Assembly: GCA_002633005.1 (NCBI GenBank)
Contig: NMRA01000767.1
Location: forward strand, 1 to 64,000
DNA: 64,000 nt
Source: Phoronis australis
Taxonomy: Eukaryota; Animalia; Phoronida
Direction of reading: 5' to 3'
The position numbers were made by a program, and so were the translations under genes. Numbering within the stretch: the first letter of the stretch is position 1; every line of letters begins with the position of its first letter. The notes beneath the pieces are model-generated. The model saw nothing but the letters and a program-made list of their open reading frames with translations. It was not told where the DNA came from and made no database searches. This document shows positions 1 through 12,900 of the stretch, one piece after another.

Positions 1-219
1 ATACTGACCTCTGTGGGTTGCCAAGATTACAGTGGTATTTTTTACTTGATTTGGTATGAAATGTGGAATCCACATTGATTTCATTGATGATTCGTTGTTA
101 ATGACAGGAGTACATTGTAGTACAGTGGGTAAACAAAATTTGCAGTGTCTCATTTGATGACCACAAGATGATGATGATAATAGTAATAACAATAATAATA
201 ATAGGAACTCTAAATTCAC

Positions 220-745
220 TAGATATAGTGTTGTGGTCAGACAGTAAGAATATAGTGATTTTGATAGAGTTAACAGTGCCGTGGGAGACTAGAGTGCAGG
301 AGGCTCACGAGAGGAGACTACTCAAGTACACAGAGCTATCGCAGGAATGTGCAGTGAATGGATGGAAATGCTTCTGTCTCCCCATAGAAGTTGGATGTCG
401 AGGGTTCATAGCTGGCAGCATGTGGCTTATGACAAAGTTACTGGGTATTTCATCAAGAGGGCGAGCTGGTATGTTTAAGTCTACTGTAAGAGCAGCGGAG
501 GAAGCAACCGTGTGGCTGTGGTTACAGCGTGAGAACAAATGGCAATCCCAGCGTCGGCTGGAGGTCTGATCAGCCTTCAGAGACCTACCATCGGAGAGGG
601 TTCTAGGTCAAGGTCGAAACCCACGATGAAGGTGGACTCCTAGCTGACGACGATGCTGGGTAGCAGATACCACAATGTTTACCAGTAAGTTAAGTGAAAT
701 AAACAATCCTGCTTGAGCATCGGTTCATTTAAGTAGTTGGCACAT
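220..745 (+). mobile_element. 5'-truncated non-LTR retrotransposon with restriction-like endonuclease (HERO-like, R2 superfamily), 3' end
   Basis: ORF reads DIVLWS..VILIELTVPWETRVQEAHERRLLKY..L..EC...GW.C.CLPIEVGCRGF...AAEEATVWLWLQR..W, the typical C-terminal RLE of HERO-type elements; stop 567-569; structured 3' UTR; near-identical flanks ggaactctaaattcac (204-219) and ggaactcttaatccac (746-761), 14/16, consistent with a decayed TSD. Confidence 0.8.
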
Positions 746-1362
746 GGAACTCTTAATCCACATGCGCCCTCTATTGTCGAACAACTTCCTGTTTTCCAAA
801 CACAAAGAGGGACTCATTGATCAGTAGCTCCACACAGTGAATGTAGAGATTTCCAATATTGACGAGACATAAGGTCGAGTGTTGATCTACTTGTTAACCG
901 TGTCTCATGAACAGTTTTCAACACGTTATTACCAGATTTGTTTGAAGACCTTGGAAGCTAATTGTTTTTCATACAGGCTGTTTGCTGGTCTGTAAGATCT
1001 TTTTATGGTTTGTGTTTCGACAAACTGGTAGGGTTCTTACATAATGTTTGGAGTTTCCCAATTTTAATTATGCTGCAACCACTTTGACTTGGCTTCTATA
1101 AAATTAGTGTGTTGCAAGGGTGGCACAGCACTGAAAAAAATGAAGGGGGACTATAGCCCCCCCAGCCTCCTATGGTGTGCCGCTCATGTGTTGAAATCCT
1201 TGCGTATTGATGTCTACCTTTTTTGTTGCAATTTAAAACTGTGCATTGATTCACCATGGTAACCAAGTCATTTGAAGATTTCACAGTCTGTTCAGAAAAA
1301 TTTAATACTGTTGCCCAGAATTTAGTGTGAATGTCTGTGTGAAATAGTATTGAATGTATTAA

Positions 1363-2211
1363 AGGCGAAGGCAGCCTTTTTCCATGTCATTTTGAGCTAA
1401 AATAAGGTAGGTTGGTTATCCTAGACATATTTTCCACTTAATTACAGCTTTTCGTAATTTTATTAATTACTCGTCCGCTACTCCGGAAGTGACGTTTTAG
1501 GAGGCAAGCNNNNNNNNNNNNNNNNNNNNNNNNNNNNNNNNNNNNNNNNNNNNNNNNNNNNNNNNNNNNNNNNNNNNNNNNNNNNNNNNNNNNNNNNNNN
1601 NNNNNNNNNNNNNNNNNNNNNNNNNNNNNNNNNNNNNNNNNNNNNNNNNNNNNNNNNNNNNNNNNNNNNNNNNNNNNNNNNNNNNNNNNNNNNNNNNNNN
1701 NNNNNNNNNNNNNNNNNNNNNNNNNNNNNNNNNNNNNNNNNNNNNNNNNNNNNNNNNNNNNNNNNNNNNNNNNNNNNNNNNNNNNNNNNNNNNNNNNNNN
1801 NNNNNNNNNNNNNNNNNNNNNNNNNNNNNNNNNNNNNNNNNNNNNNNNNNNNNNNNNNNNNNNNNCGGAAAGCGATGCAAAGGTACTCCCAAAGCGCGCG
1901 TGAGCCGATAATTAGTACATTCCGGTACGCAGCAACAGTGTGGCATATTGACTGACTAGTAAATGAAAGCAAACGACGACGGAACTTAACACAACCGAGG
2001 TAGAACAATGACTGACTCGGCAGCTCTCACAGTCAGACTATATGAAAAGAAATTGGCGCGAAATGCTTGCCTCCTAAAACGTCACTTCCGCAGTAGCGGA
2101 CGAGTAATTAATAAAATTACGAAAAGATGTAATTAAGTGGAAAATATGTCTAGGATAACCAACCAACCTTATTTTAGCTCAAAATGACATGGAAAAAGGT
2201 TGCCTTCGCCT
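1363..2211 (-). mobile_element. Kolobok-like non-autonomous DNA transposon with THAP-domain fragment
   Basis: TTAA on both sides (1359-1362, 2212-2215); AGG termini; nearly perfect TIRs of at least ~147 bp (1363-1509 vs 2065-2211); internal minus-strand ORF MPHCCCVPECTNYRLTRALGVPLHRFP (1946-1866) matches a THAP N-terminus; middle hidden by the N gap. Confidence 0.8.
1510..1865. other. assembly gap (N run)
   Basis: run of n characters. Confidence 1.
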
Positions 2212-5046
2212 TTAAAGCTTGTTGCTACGGATGGTGTAGCCAGCGCCACACTCAGGGCCCAAACACAAGTATCAACTCTTGCACACAGATCACATGCAAC
2301 TAGTAATTTGTTGTGTGTGGCAACATTTATGGTTAACTTTATTAGTGGACGTTTGATATAGCTCACTGCTTAGCTATGCAGGACTAGACTGCAGATGTTA
2401 ATAATGAAATATATCTGTTAGTGGATTTAATGTTCAGTATCGGAATACGTGTTTAATTTGGAGGTGCAGCTCTGTCTATTGGTGATTAGAACTGACTATT
2501 GTGCAATTGTGGGTGGTATCTCTGCCGTAGTTGTTGATGTACGACTTGTTATTGTGCTGTATCTATAGTAACCATTCTTGCCATGTACAGGCACGACTCT
2601 TTATTATTAAAGATGTGTTGTCCTGAAAGCCAGCAACTGTTCAGTTAGTCCTTTCAAGAATTGCGCAATAACATCGATCTTTTCAACTTTGGATAATAAA
2701 CCATTTCAGAAATTTGAGAGTCGTTTTCTTTATGAAGTTTTGTGTACTGTTCACTATAATTCCCAAACCATGTAAACTCCTGGACGTAGGTTGACACTAC
2801 TGACTACCGTAACCGGGGAAATCAACAACAAAATGATCTTCAAAGAATTTATTCTCACTGAACTGTTGTTGTTTTGAAAACAAAAATTTCGAATTCAGAC
2901 TAGTCATTATTCATTAAAACAACTTAATGAAACGTAAGAATACTGAAATAATGCACATTATTTCTCAAACTTTCATGTTCGTTGCAAAAAAAAACTCGAA
3001 TGCTTCATACTTTCATATTGGTAGCACAAAACTGGGGAATAATTCACCATTTGAAAATCATGGTTAGGTGATGCATGCTAGTAAATGTTAAAACAAACAT
3101 TAAAGAAGCTGACATCAAACTGAGACTTATGGTGGACACAAAATCATTTTCGTTTCCCCTTTCTCTACAAAAACTCTAAATAACCTTTATTGGTTCACTT
3201 TATTCACTGTCCTATTTGGCAGAAGTACAATTCTTGCACTTTTACCAAGACAATACTGAACTAACACAGCACTGCAACAGTGAAATTGTGATCAGCTGCA
3301 AAAGACTCGTTTACCTCTACTAAAGATCACCCACACAGCAGTGTTCAGATTGAACTGAACCTCAAATCAGCAATTCGAGATTCCTACAGGTCAGAATGTG
3401 AAAGGCAATGCATTGCCCTCACTGAACTTCCAACTACCACCAACTCGAGAAGTTGCAGAAAAAAGACTTGAGGCCCAAATGTTTATTTAACAATTTGACA
3501 ATATAAAAACAAGATGTAGGTACTTGAAACAGTGGATATTTCAGTTAGGATGGACTTCAGCCATTCTATGATGGTTTTAGTTTTTAGAAATTTTATACGT
3601 TTTAGAAACCCAAGTAGCCTTGTAGTTGGCGGTGGTTGGAACCATACAATAATAAGACCACATTGGAAAGTTTCACACTAGTTACCTTGTTTATGTATAC
3701 TGGGTTATGAGAGTTAAAGAGAAACCGAAGCACTGCTTGATGCAAGAAACACTTGCTTCGAAACATGCATCTTTAACATTATCCTAAACTCCAGAAACAG
3801 AAAGTTTCCAATGTACGCCATTGAGAAAGAAAATTCAGATATGCAAATTACCTATAGGCCTATTGTGGTTTGGCTCGCACAAAACTATCAACTAACTGGA
3901 TGCGAACTTTTCTGTCGCATTATCTACTTGAGGTCACCAAAACATATCAGGTCAGAATAATTGGCACATCTATTTTCTGATAAATCGTTAAAAATAAAAT
4001 GTGGATCTTGTGAATTAATGTTCAAAGTTAATTCATAAGAAACACAGAACAGTAACTTATAAATACACATGAACATTCTAAAAACATAGATATGTATCTA
4101 TAAAAAAGGCCCGCAGCACTAAAACATGCTTCAAGAAAGTAGCTAGACAACTATGGATGTTATGGGGGGAGGGGTATTTTGCTTGTTTTAGTGTTGCAGG
4201 CTACAATTTGTACCAGAGAATAGCAGTTCATGTTACAACATATTGAGCTAGTGAACACTGCCACCTTGAAGACTGCACACATACTTCATAATACTGCTGA
4301 CTGAAGCTCAACTATGACTCGCAAACCAGGATGATATACCCGAGTGATAACAGAGAGAAGTTCACACGATTAACATGCACTAGGGACCCAGACTGCCACG
4401 AAGATTTATTTTAGGTCAGTCCACATGACATTCACACCACGTTACAACAGGTTTGGCTTACACGAGCTCTTTTGTAACGTTTCTTTCCAAAAGTCCCCAG
4501 TCAGCTCAGTAATAGTCGCACCTAGTTACAATGAACCTCCCATAACTTATCAAAGACGTTCATTGTAACCACAGTAACTTTTAAAAGAAAATAAATACCA
4601 TAGAATTGTTTACTCGCCATTTTTATATGTAAAGCTGTCTATTCGCATGCAGGAAATCACGTCGGTGCATCACGCACTATGCATAAATGATATGAAGCCG
4701 AGAAGTCTGCGCATGATCTATTTTTAGCTTCACATGAGCGATTCACTGAGACATCGAAATTGGAACATCATAATCATGTGAACGTAGCATTCGTGTTCGT
4801 TAAAACAAAGCCTAGAATATGGTATTTTCCAGAATGGAACAACAGAGTTGGATGTAACAGCATTCAACCATATACAGTACACCAGTCAATCATATACAAT
4901 GTGATTGTTACAGCAAACTTTCCATATAACAAACACCCTAGACAATTCCTCGCAGTGTCCTGGTGGTACAGTTCGACTACAAGCATAAAACAACTGGACC
5001 ATTGAGCTGTATTGAGTCACATTGAAGTCTATCAATTGACTAATTT

Positions 5047-5453
5047 AAAGATTATGTAGGACCCTCAAAAAATTCCAAATCTGGCCAACTTAGGAACATC
5101 TTATCTCAGTTATTTTTTCCAAAAAGACATGGTCACATGACCCAATACATGGCAGATTGGTATCAAGTCTTTCTAGTTTCAGAAAGTTTACATCTTTACC
5201 GAGTTAAAATCTATAGTTTTGTAGATATTTGGCTAAATACAGCGAGAAGTTAACAAGGTCCTACCTAACCACACATTCAATACAGTGACAAGTTAACAAG
5301 GTCCTACCTAACCACACAATCAATACAGTGACAAGTTAACAAGGTCCTACATAACCACACAATCAATACAGTGACAAGTTAACAAGGTCCTACATAACCA
5401 CACAATCAATACAGCGAGAAGTTAACAAGGTCCTACATAACCACACATTCAAT
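5047..5453 (+). mobile_element. Helentron-associated-like interspersed element copy ending in a 43-bp tandem array
   Basis: starts taaagattatgtaggaccct, shared with copies at 12707, 13815, 18642 and (reverse) ~59613; distal end carries the inverted motif aaggtcctacataacc. Confidence 0.5.
5236..5453. repeat. 43-bp minisatellite, ~5 copies
   Basis: unit aatacagtgacaagttaacaaggtcctacataaccacacaatc at a 43-bp period. Confidence 0.95.
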
Positions 5454-8400
5454 CAGAATAAACTTAAAATAATAAGGAAAAGAATTCATTGACACATCCA
5501 CATACTGAAAATGAAAATGAGATTAAGTTAAAGTTGTAAACTAAGGATGCAACACAATAGCCTATAACACCCCACTTAACAGAAGAAAAATCACTGAACA
5601 CTCCACTACAACCCTATTTCCAATAGTGACTTAAGGCATACTAACTACAAACATCTACAGCATCAGCAAACATGCGCCCTATAAAGTTCAAACTCATTTT
5701 ATTCTCCACAAAAACCATTAATTGCATCTTGCTTTCTAAACTGATTACTTTGTGACCTAAAATTGTTGGTTGAGATGCAGTCTACATTTTACTGTAGAAG
5801 CACCACAGTGAACATGGCACAAACAACAGGAGATGTAACGACAATGATCAAGTTCACAACATTGTGTGACGCATTATGCCTATGATCAAGTTCACTACAT
5901 TGTGCTAGACGTTATGGCTGTGATCTGCCATGATAGTTCACAACATTGTGCGAGGCATTATGCAACACTCATTATGCTTCAGTCATCTCCCTTCAGTTAC
6001 ATTGACACTACACTGAGTATCTTCTTGCTAAAACTCAACAATTTGCATTATCTTAAAATTAACATATTCAAACTTGAACCACCATCATTGGCAGCAAACA
6101 AAGTTTCATTCACTTCATAACATAGTTTTTGTCTGATTTCAAACAATAGAATTCAAGCCAATGCAATCTACAACACAACTGTGATTCAGTCACACTTGCT
6201 GTTCTATTCACAGTGAATCCTCCCTCATTAGCAAACAGTCACACTTGCTGTTCTATTCACAGTGAACCCTCCCTTATTAGCACACAGTATAGCCGAAGAG
6301 TGAAATTCTAGTTTTTTAACTTTCTCCATAAAACTGAACATTAAGAGCCTTTAGTCAACTAGCGCCACCGTTTGTACAGTGAAGAAGTTACAAAACAACT
6401 TTTGGTAAATTTTTACTATTTGTAACAAAGAAATCTGGCTTTGAAAACTGGAAAATGATAATTGCGACAATTATTTTTGAATGAAACACAAGGATAATCA
6501 CGACAACCATCATGGCTCCATTCCAAGAAACTGACTCAAGTTCATTTTTCTAGCATTTGTCTTAACTTCCAAATTTTGAAACTTCCACATGCGTTAAGTT
6601 AGACAAAAATAAAGACGAATTTGCATACTCCTAACTATGCTACTATATAGCAGGAACTAAACAACATTGCTATTTGAACATCATCTACACTAAACTAAGT
6701 GTAGTTGTAATCATTGGCATCTTGTAAATGTGAAAACAAAAAATATGCAAATAGGTGACCTTTGCACTTATGACCTTGGGGGCTCACAAAACACACAGCA
6801 TGCAGTGTTATTCCACACCATGTCACGATACTTACTTACTAGAGACGGTTGAGTGACTTACAGCGATCATTTTCCTACCCACACATTCTTAAAAACATTT
6901 GGTGATTTTCAACCTTCTTTATATTTACATTATCACTGCATGTTGAGTTTCTGACTGATTTGGCCAAGCAATCACAGAGATAAGGAATTAGCCTGCAAGT
7001 TCCACTTTAAGACAAAACTTAAGTCAAACTTTCTTTCTTGAAACAGACATATAAAATTTTTGTCTTAAAATTGACTGAAATTTAAGATTAGTCTTAGCAA
7101 AGTCAGTTTTCTTGGAATGGAACCCTGCTCTTTAAGTCCACAACAAAGAACAAAGTTTGTATGAGTTCCTTGCCTCCAACTAAACACAACTTACGGACAT
7201 ATGAGGAGGAACCAGAAGACACATACAACTCATTCTAATACATTCAATTTGAAAAACTTGAGAAAACGGCAGGCAGTTTCTAGCCCATAACCAACATCAA
7301 CTGTGTTTAGTTAAAAACCAATAATTTATTGAAAAAACCCAACCACGCTTATGTTTCATTGTACCCATAACTAGTGAAGCGAACATGAGCAAACTGATAA
7401 ATGCACTGATGCCTGCCTGGCAGCCAAACACACGATGATTCGATAGTGGTGTAAATTCATTACAGGGTGATTTTACAGTGTTTTTTCCATTCAATGTAAG
7501 TAAAAAATATGTGACAGTGTAATCACGGTTAGTTTCTGGTCACCTAATAGTTGGTTCCACAATATCTTCACCCAACCATAATGTTGAAAATACCACAGAA
7601 TACCCTCTTGCTTATTTATAAGAGGAAATTCTGCAATATTTTAGTTTGATACCAATGATACTGACACCATAATCGCCCTGTATCCTAGTTGTGCTCAAAG
7701 CACTCTCAGACTTCTGTATCCAACTTGTGCTCAAGGCAACCTCAGACTTAGAACACATTTGCCAAGGACGTTGAACTATATCCGACAGTCAATAAATTCT
7801 CATGAGAACATAAACAGCTAACACACTGAAGACTTCCCAGCTCACTATCTATGACTAGAGTTGATACAACAGAGCTACACATGGCACAACCTGACTACAC
7901 TGCTGACATAGAATAACACAAATAAACAAAGTTAATGTACGGACATAATCTACAGGTATATTAACTTTATGAAAGTTCCGCTCATTTTTTTCCATGCCCT
8001 ACTTGTTGGTGATGAACTGACCAAACATTATTGAAACACAGTCAGTGAAGCATGAAGACAAAACGCTACAGAAAAATATTTGGATTGCTTGTTATAGCCC
8101 TGTTTAACAGTTTTAAACTCTTGACTTGCCTTGCAGAAGGTGATATACATGACAAATTCCCAGAATAGAAATTATGATAATTAGTTATCGACGGCCTACT
8201 TTCACTAGAGAGTCTATAAGAGCTAAGAAGCCAACCTTTCAAGTAAAAGCATGCCCCTGATAGATAATAATAATAATTATTTCAACAATATAATAGCACC
8301 ACATATGAACATTCATTCCATTAAGTTCCCAGAAGTCAAGACAGAACAGCAACGCCATCTGGCATGCTAATATATCACTAAGTCCAATAGTTATTGGGAG

Positions 8401-9468
8401 ACTTTTACATAAACTATTGACAGAGTAGATAATAGGCCCAAGAGAAACTTGTAACCTTTCTGAGAGTTCAGTATGCTGCAACAGTGGCTATACTCTTGCC
8501 ACGTGTGTATACACATAATGCTTCATGGCACACAGTGAAGCATGACGTGTGTGTGTACATAACGCTTCATGGCACACTGCGAAACAATTTGAATCACAAT
8601 ACTTACATAAGCAGAACAAGACAAAAGCAATCGGACAAAATACCATTTCTCTGTCATGACGACTAAATAATTTCTGTTGAAAACAAAAATGACTCCTAAT
8701 GATTAGTATGGGAACAAAATTCCAAACACAGAATGGCATAACCAACCTCTGACCTTTCCCATTAACCTCTGACCTTTCCCATTAATACTCTTTCATTCTA
8801 GTTCATGAGAGCGACTTTTGACAATGAATTCGGATTCCACTCAAACATAATGATGGGCAATTCCAGGACATTTGTTTTGACTACTTTTGACATGCACTGT
8901 TCATTGTTTACAGTAAGGATATATACAATATGTTGGCAGATACAATATACAATGTTTACAAACATGGCCAAGTAACTTGGCAGCAACCCTTCTGACCTAC
9001 AAAACTGGTTCAAACACAACAGTGCCACCTGTTGTCTGGCTTGACTACACCAAGCTCGTCAACGCAGACCACCTCTGTGTTCTATAAACTGGTTTTGCAG
9101 GCATGATAGATACAACAAACAGTGTTTACAAACACGACTCGTATTTACAACAAGCTGTACAGTAAGCACCACCGTAGTCTACTATAAGTGAAGCAAATAA
9201 GTTTGACGCAGCAGAGCCCTAACGTGAAGAGTTATACTTTGGAATGTTCGATTCAATCCAAGTCAAATCTGGCAACATAATCCCAACTACTGCATGCTCC
9301 GAACACAGCGACTTGACCATCATCAAATCTAAACTACTTCGTTTAGATCCAGAGCAAAATTAAACGGTGCAACTCCTCATAAAATCTCACTTCCTATTGC
9401 AACATGGTGACTCAGATCAGTAGGTCCCAAGCACTGGGCTGAAGAGATGTATTTACACAAGCACCACT

Positions 9469-9665
9469 TCCAAGCCTGGTGAATGCACTACGACTTCCAC
9501 CTTCGGTGATGGCACTTGGACCTCTCAGTGGAGACATGCTCACACTAGGCAGAGATATGTCTGCGTAGAAACACTGTCTCCAAGCCTGGTGAATGCACTA
9601 CGACTACCACCTTCAGTGATGGCACTCGGACCTTTCAGTGGAGACATGCTCACACTAGGCAGACA
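9469..9665. repeat. direct repeat with 110-bp period in the presumed DCP1 3' UTR
   Basis: tccaagcctggtgaatgcactacgac...cacactaggcaga at 9469 and 9579. Confidence 0.9.
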
Positions 9666-9851
9666 TGTAAACTGCCTAAAATACACACCGTTGCTTGAAG
9701 CATGGCGTGGTTTATGAAATGATAACAAAGAAGTTTCAAATGACGTATTACTGAGCAGTGCTCCACTTATGACTCCCAATATCTTGACTTTGCAGTGCTG
9801 CCCTCTATAGAGATATCACATGACGCTTGATACAGAGATGGGACAGAGATG

Positions 9852-9929
9852 TCAAGATTTCTTGCTGGTGAACTCAGTCAGGCTTTTAACGTAGGCTTCG
9901 TGCAGCATTGTCATGAAGTTACTGTCATT
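9852..9929 (-). CDS. DCP1: DCP1 coding exon 11 (last): NDSNFMTMLHEAYVKSLTEFTSKKS*
   Basis: ttttcag acceptor, phase 0, TGA at 9854-9852; trimerisation-domain helix. Confidence 0.95.
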   Translation of the reverse strand, partial: NDSNFMTMLHEAYVKSLTEFTSKKS

Positions 9930-12900
9930 CTGAAAACCACAGCACTGAGTACACATTGGCTTATCAAAATGTAAGGACTATGATAAAAAATCTCGATATT
10001 AACTTATTAGTAAATATGTAAAGCAACCTAAGAGCGATTTTACTATCAGTGGCTGCAAAGATTTTTTTTGTAGGTCTTTGAAATAAATGACAATTTGAAC
10101 TAATACAATTATTCAAATATTATCCATTAACTTTGTCTATATCACCTGTACCAAAACTACGGTTTCTCTGCATTACAAAATAATAACCAGTCTTAAATTC
10201 CTGATACACAGCTGAACAGTTTAATCACTCCCAAAAACCGATTGCCTTGACTACCCAGGTAGCATTGACTATACTTGTGTGACCTGGACAAACTGTGTTA
10301 CCTTAATTAAGTAGACCAGTGCCTGCTGCATCTGGTCTTTCGTCAGCGGGTTAACACCAGCGAAGTCTCCACTTGCCGACTGTGCAGAGGCTACAACAAG
10401 GTATGAACATGGCTGAGATTCTTAGTAAGAACAAAGATTAGTGTCACCGCACACTCAAAGAAAAAATTGCCCATTTGTTATTTATTTCCATTTGTGTTTT
10501 AAATAATATTTATTTTGTATTTACCAAAGAATGTTATCTAAAGTGCCACAGATTTGAGAGAATAATTGTAAGCACAGTGTTACTTCAGACTAATTACTTC
10601 AGTTCCTTGGAATGCTAATGAAATTAAACGTCTTGTAGCACATGTGCAAGAACATGCAATGTTACATTAAGCAAAGTCTTTTTCTGTGTTGATTTGCTAT
10701 AGTCACTAAAACAGCTTAGACTCTGAACGGATTCAGGTTGGATTAACTCTTCAGATTTGCTAGTCTGTTTCACTGTGCCTAGCCACAGGTATACACCACC
10801 TTTAGTTCAAGGTGGGCAAGAGGGGATGAAACTATTATTTACAGTTTTGTTCAGTCTATCTAAGCTTTAATTGTATATCATTACACTAGAGTTATAGGTT
10901 ACATTCCTCAATTTGCATAAAAAGGCAGGCAAAAGCAAACAGCACAAGTTTTGCAATAGTTGCCGATCTCCTCCTCACCTTGAGCTCCTAGCATCTGGCC
11001 AGGTATGTTAATCATCTGAGGGGTGTCATCTCTTGGAGGCTGGCTGGACAGGAAGGCCATTGGTGACAACAGAACATCTTGGGGAAGCGACGCCGAGCGA
11101 ACAGCCACCACTTTGCAAGAGGTCTACAAGGCAATCGGTTAGGTCACGGACTTGGTGTTACAATTTTAATTAATCATGCATTTGTTTGTTTGATAAATTA
11201 GACACGTAAATATAATGTTAACGACATCTTCAATAATCAGAATTTAAGTGGATTAGCTTCAAAATAAGAAATTAACATAAGATTGTAGTACTATGTTCAA
11301 ACAAGCTGCTCAATAAAGCATGGTAATCTGTCACTCAGAATCAATTTATTTCAACATCTTATAGCACTCAGTAAGATTAAGCAAAAACATCATGAACCAG
11401 GCCTACATCACAACAAAAGTCTAAGCTCCACCATTCATCAGTTGGCATATATTACAATGTACCAACTGCTACCCATGGCCGATATTATTTGGTGTCTACT
11501 AGCTATTTAGTAACAGTGAATCGGTAATTTTTTGGAGAACATTAAAAACTGCCTGGCAAAAATTATGGCTCAGATGGGCTAACAAGCTGGAATACAGAAC
11601 AGAAAATGCAGCTGAGAGCAAATAATTAGCGTCCCTCTATGAAATGGACTCACCGACCAGACATGAATGGACTCACTGACCAGACATGAAATGGACTCGC
11701 CGTCTAGACATGAAATGGTCTCACCGACCAGACATGAAATGGACTCACCGACCAGACATGAAATGGACTCATCGACCAGACATGAAATGCACTCACAGAC
11801 CAGGCATGAAATGGACTCACTGACCAAACATGAAATGGACTCACCGACCAGACATGAAAGGCAGTTATAACAGTGATATTATGACAAGTTGCCAAGGTAT
11901 ATCAGACATGAAGTGTAGTTGTACCTGTTGCACTGTGACTGGCTGGCTAGGTATACCAGTGGCAGACAGTTGGCGACTTAATACAGATGGATTGTGTTTA
12001 GAAGTAGTGACAGCTGCAGTGTCATTGGCACTGCTGGCAATGTTTAGATGTCTCTTAAGCTCAGCATCTAGACTGGACGGTACAGTGTTGTGAGACTGCG
12101 GCTGCACATTAACTGATGCAGCTGGCTGTTGATTGCTGCTAACTTGACCCCTGTGTAACTTTTCAATTTCCTCCAATGTGGTGCCAGGGATAGACTTGAG
12201 TTTCTGTAGAGATGGGTGTCCGTCAATGTTTGGCAGAATGGACTGGGACCTATAAAAGTGACAGAGATCGGAACATTACATTGATATCTAACTAACCAAC
12301 AAGGAGCAAACGTCAGGTCCATGAAAATTATCTACTGGAAGATAATTACATGGCAAAAGAAAACCCTGTTGGTGATGAACACTGACAGACAGTGATACAA
12401 CATATCATCTCAAGATACCACTACTGGCACCACACCCACCTTCAGAAGACATTTATCCAGCAGACAATACACCCACTATCTACCCACATAATATCACAAA
12501 CCCCCGTCCCGACATCACACCCACCATCCAACAACTTTTACTTCACTAAAACCACACGCCCCCTAGTGGAGATCTCAACGCAACGTTCACAAGCACTAGT
12601 TGCACAGATCGTCATGAGAGCTAAACACCTGACTAACCTGAGCAAGGAGGACCACTCAGTGATTGCGACAGATGCATGTCTGTCCCACAAGGATCTCCGT
12701 GCTTAAGTAAGGTAGTGTAAGACCCTAAAAATAGCCCAGCCCCATTTGGCTAAATTCGAAACATCATATCTCAGAAATGGCTGCTCGAATTCATATAAAA
12801 CTTCGGAATAATATTATTTATGCAATCTTCTCCAAAATGCAATAGGGAATTGTTTTAAAAATTCTCCACGTTTGCACGAGAGAAACATGGAACGTTGAAT

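Noticed and set aside
11579-11895. ORFs (RHEMDSPT)n and (ESISCLVG)n
   Set aside because: Translations of a 24-bp intronic minisatellite; not needed for the DCP1 frame
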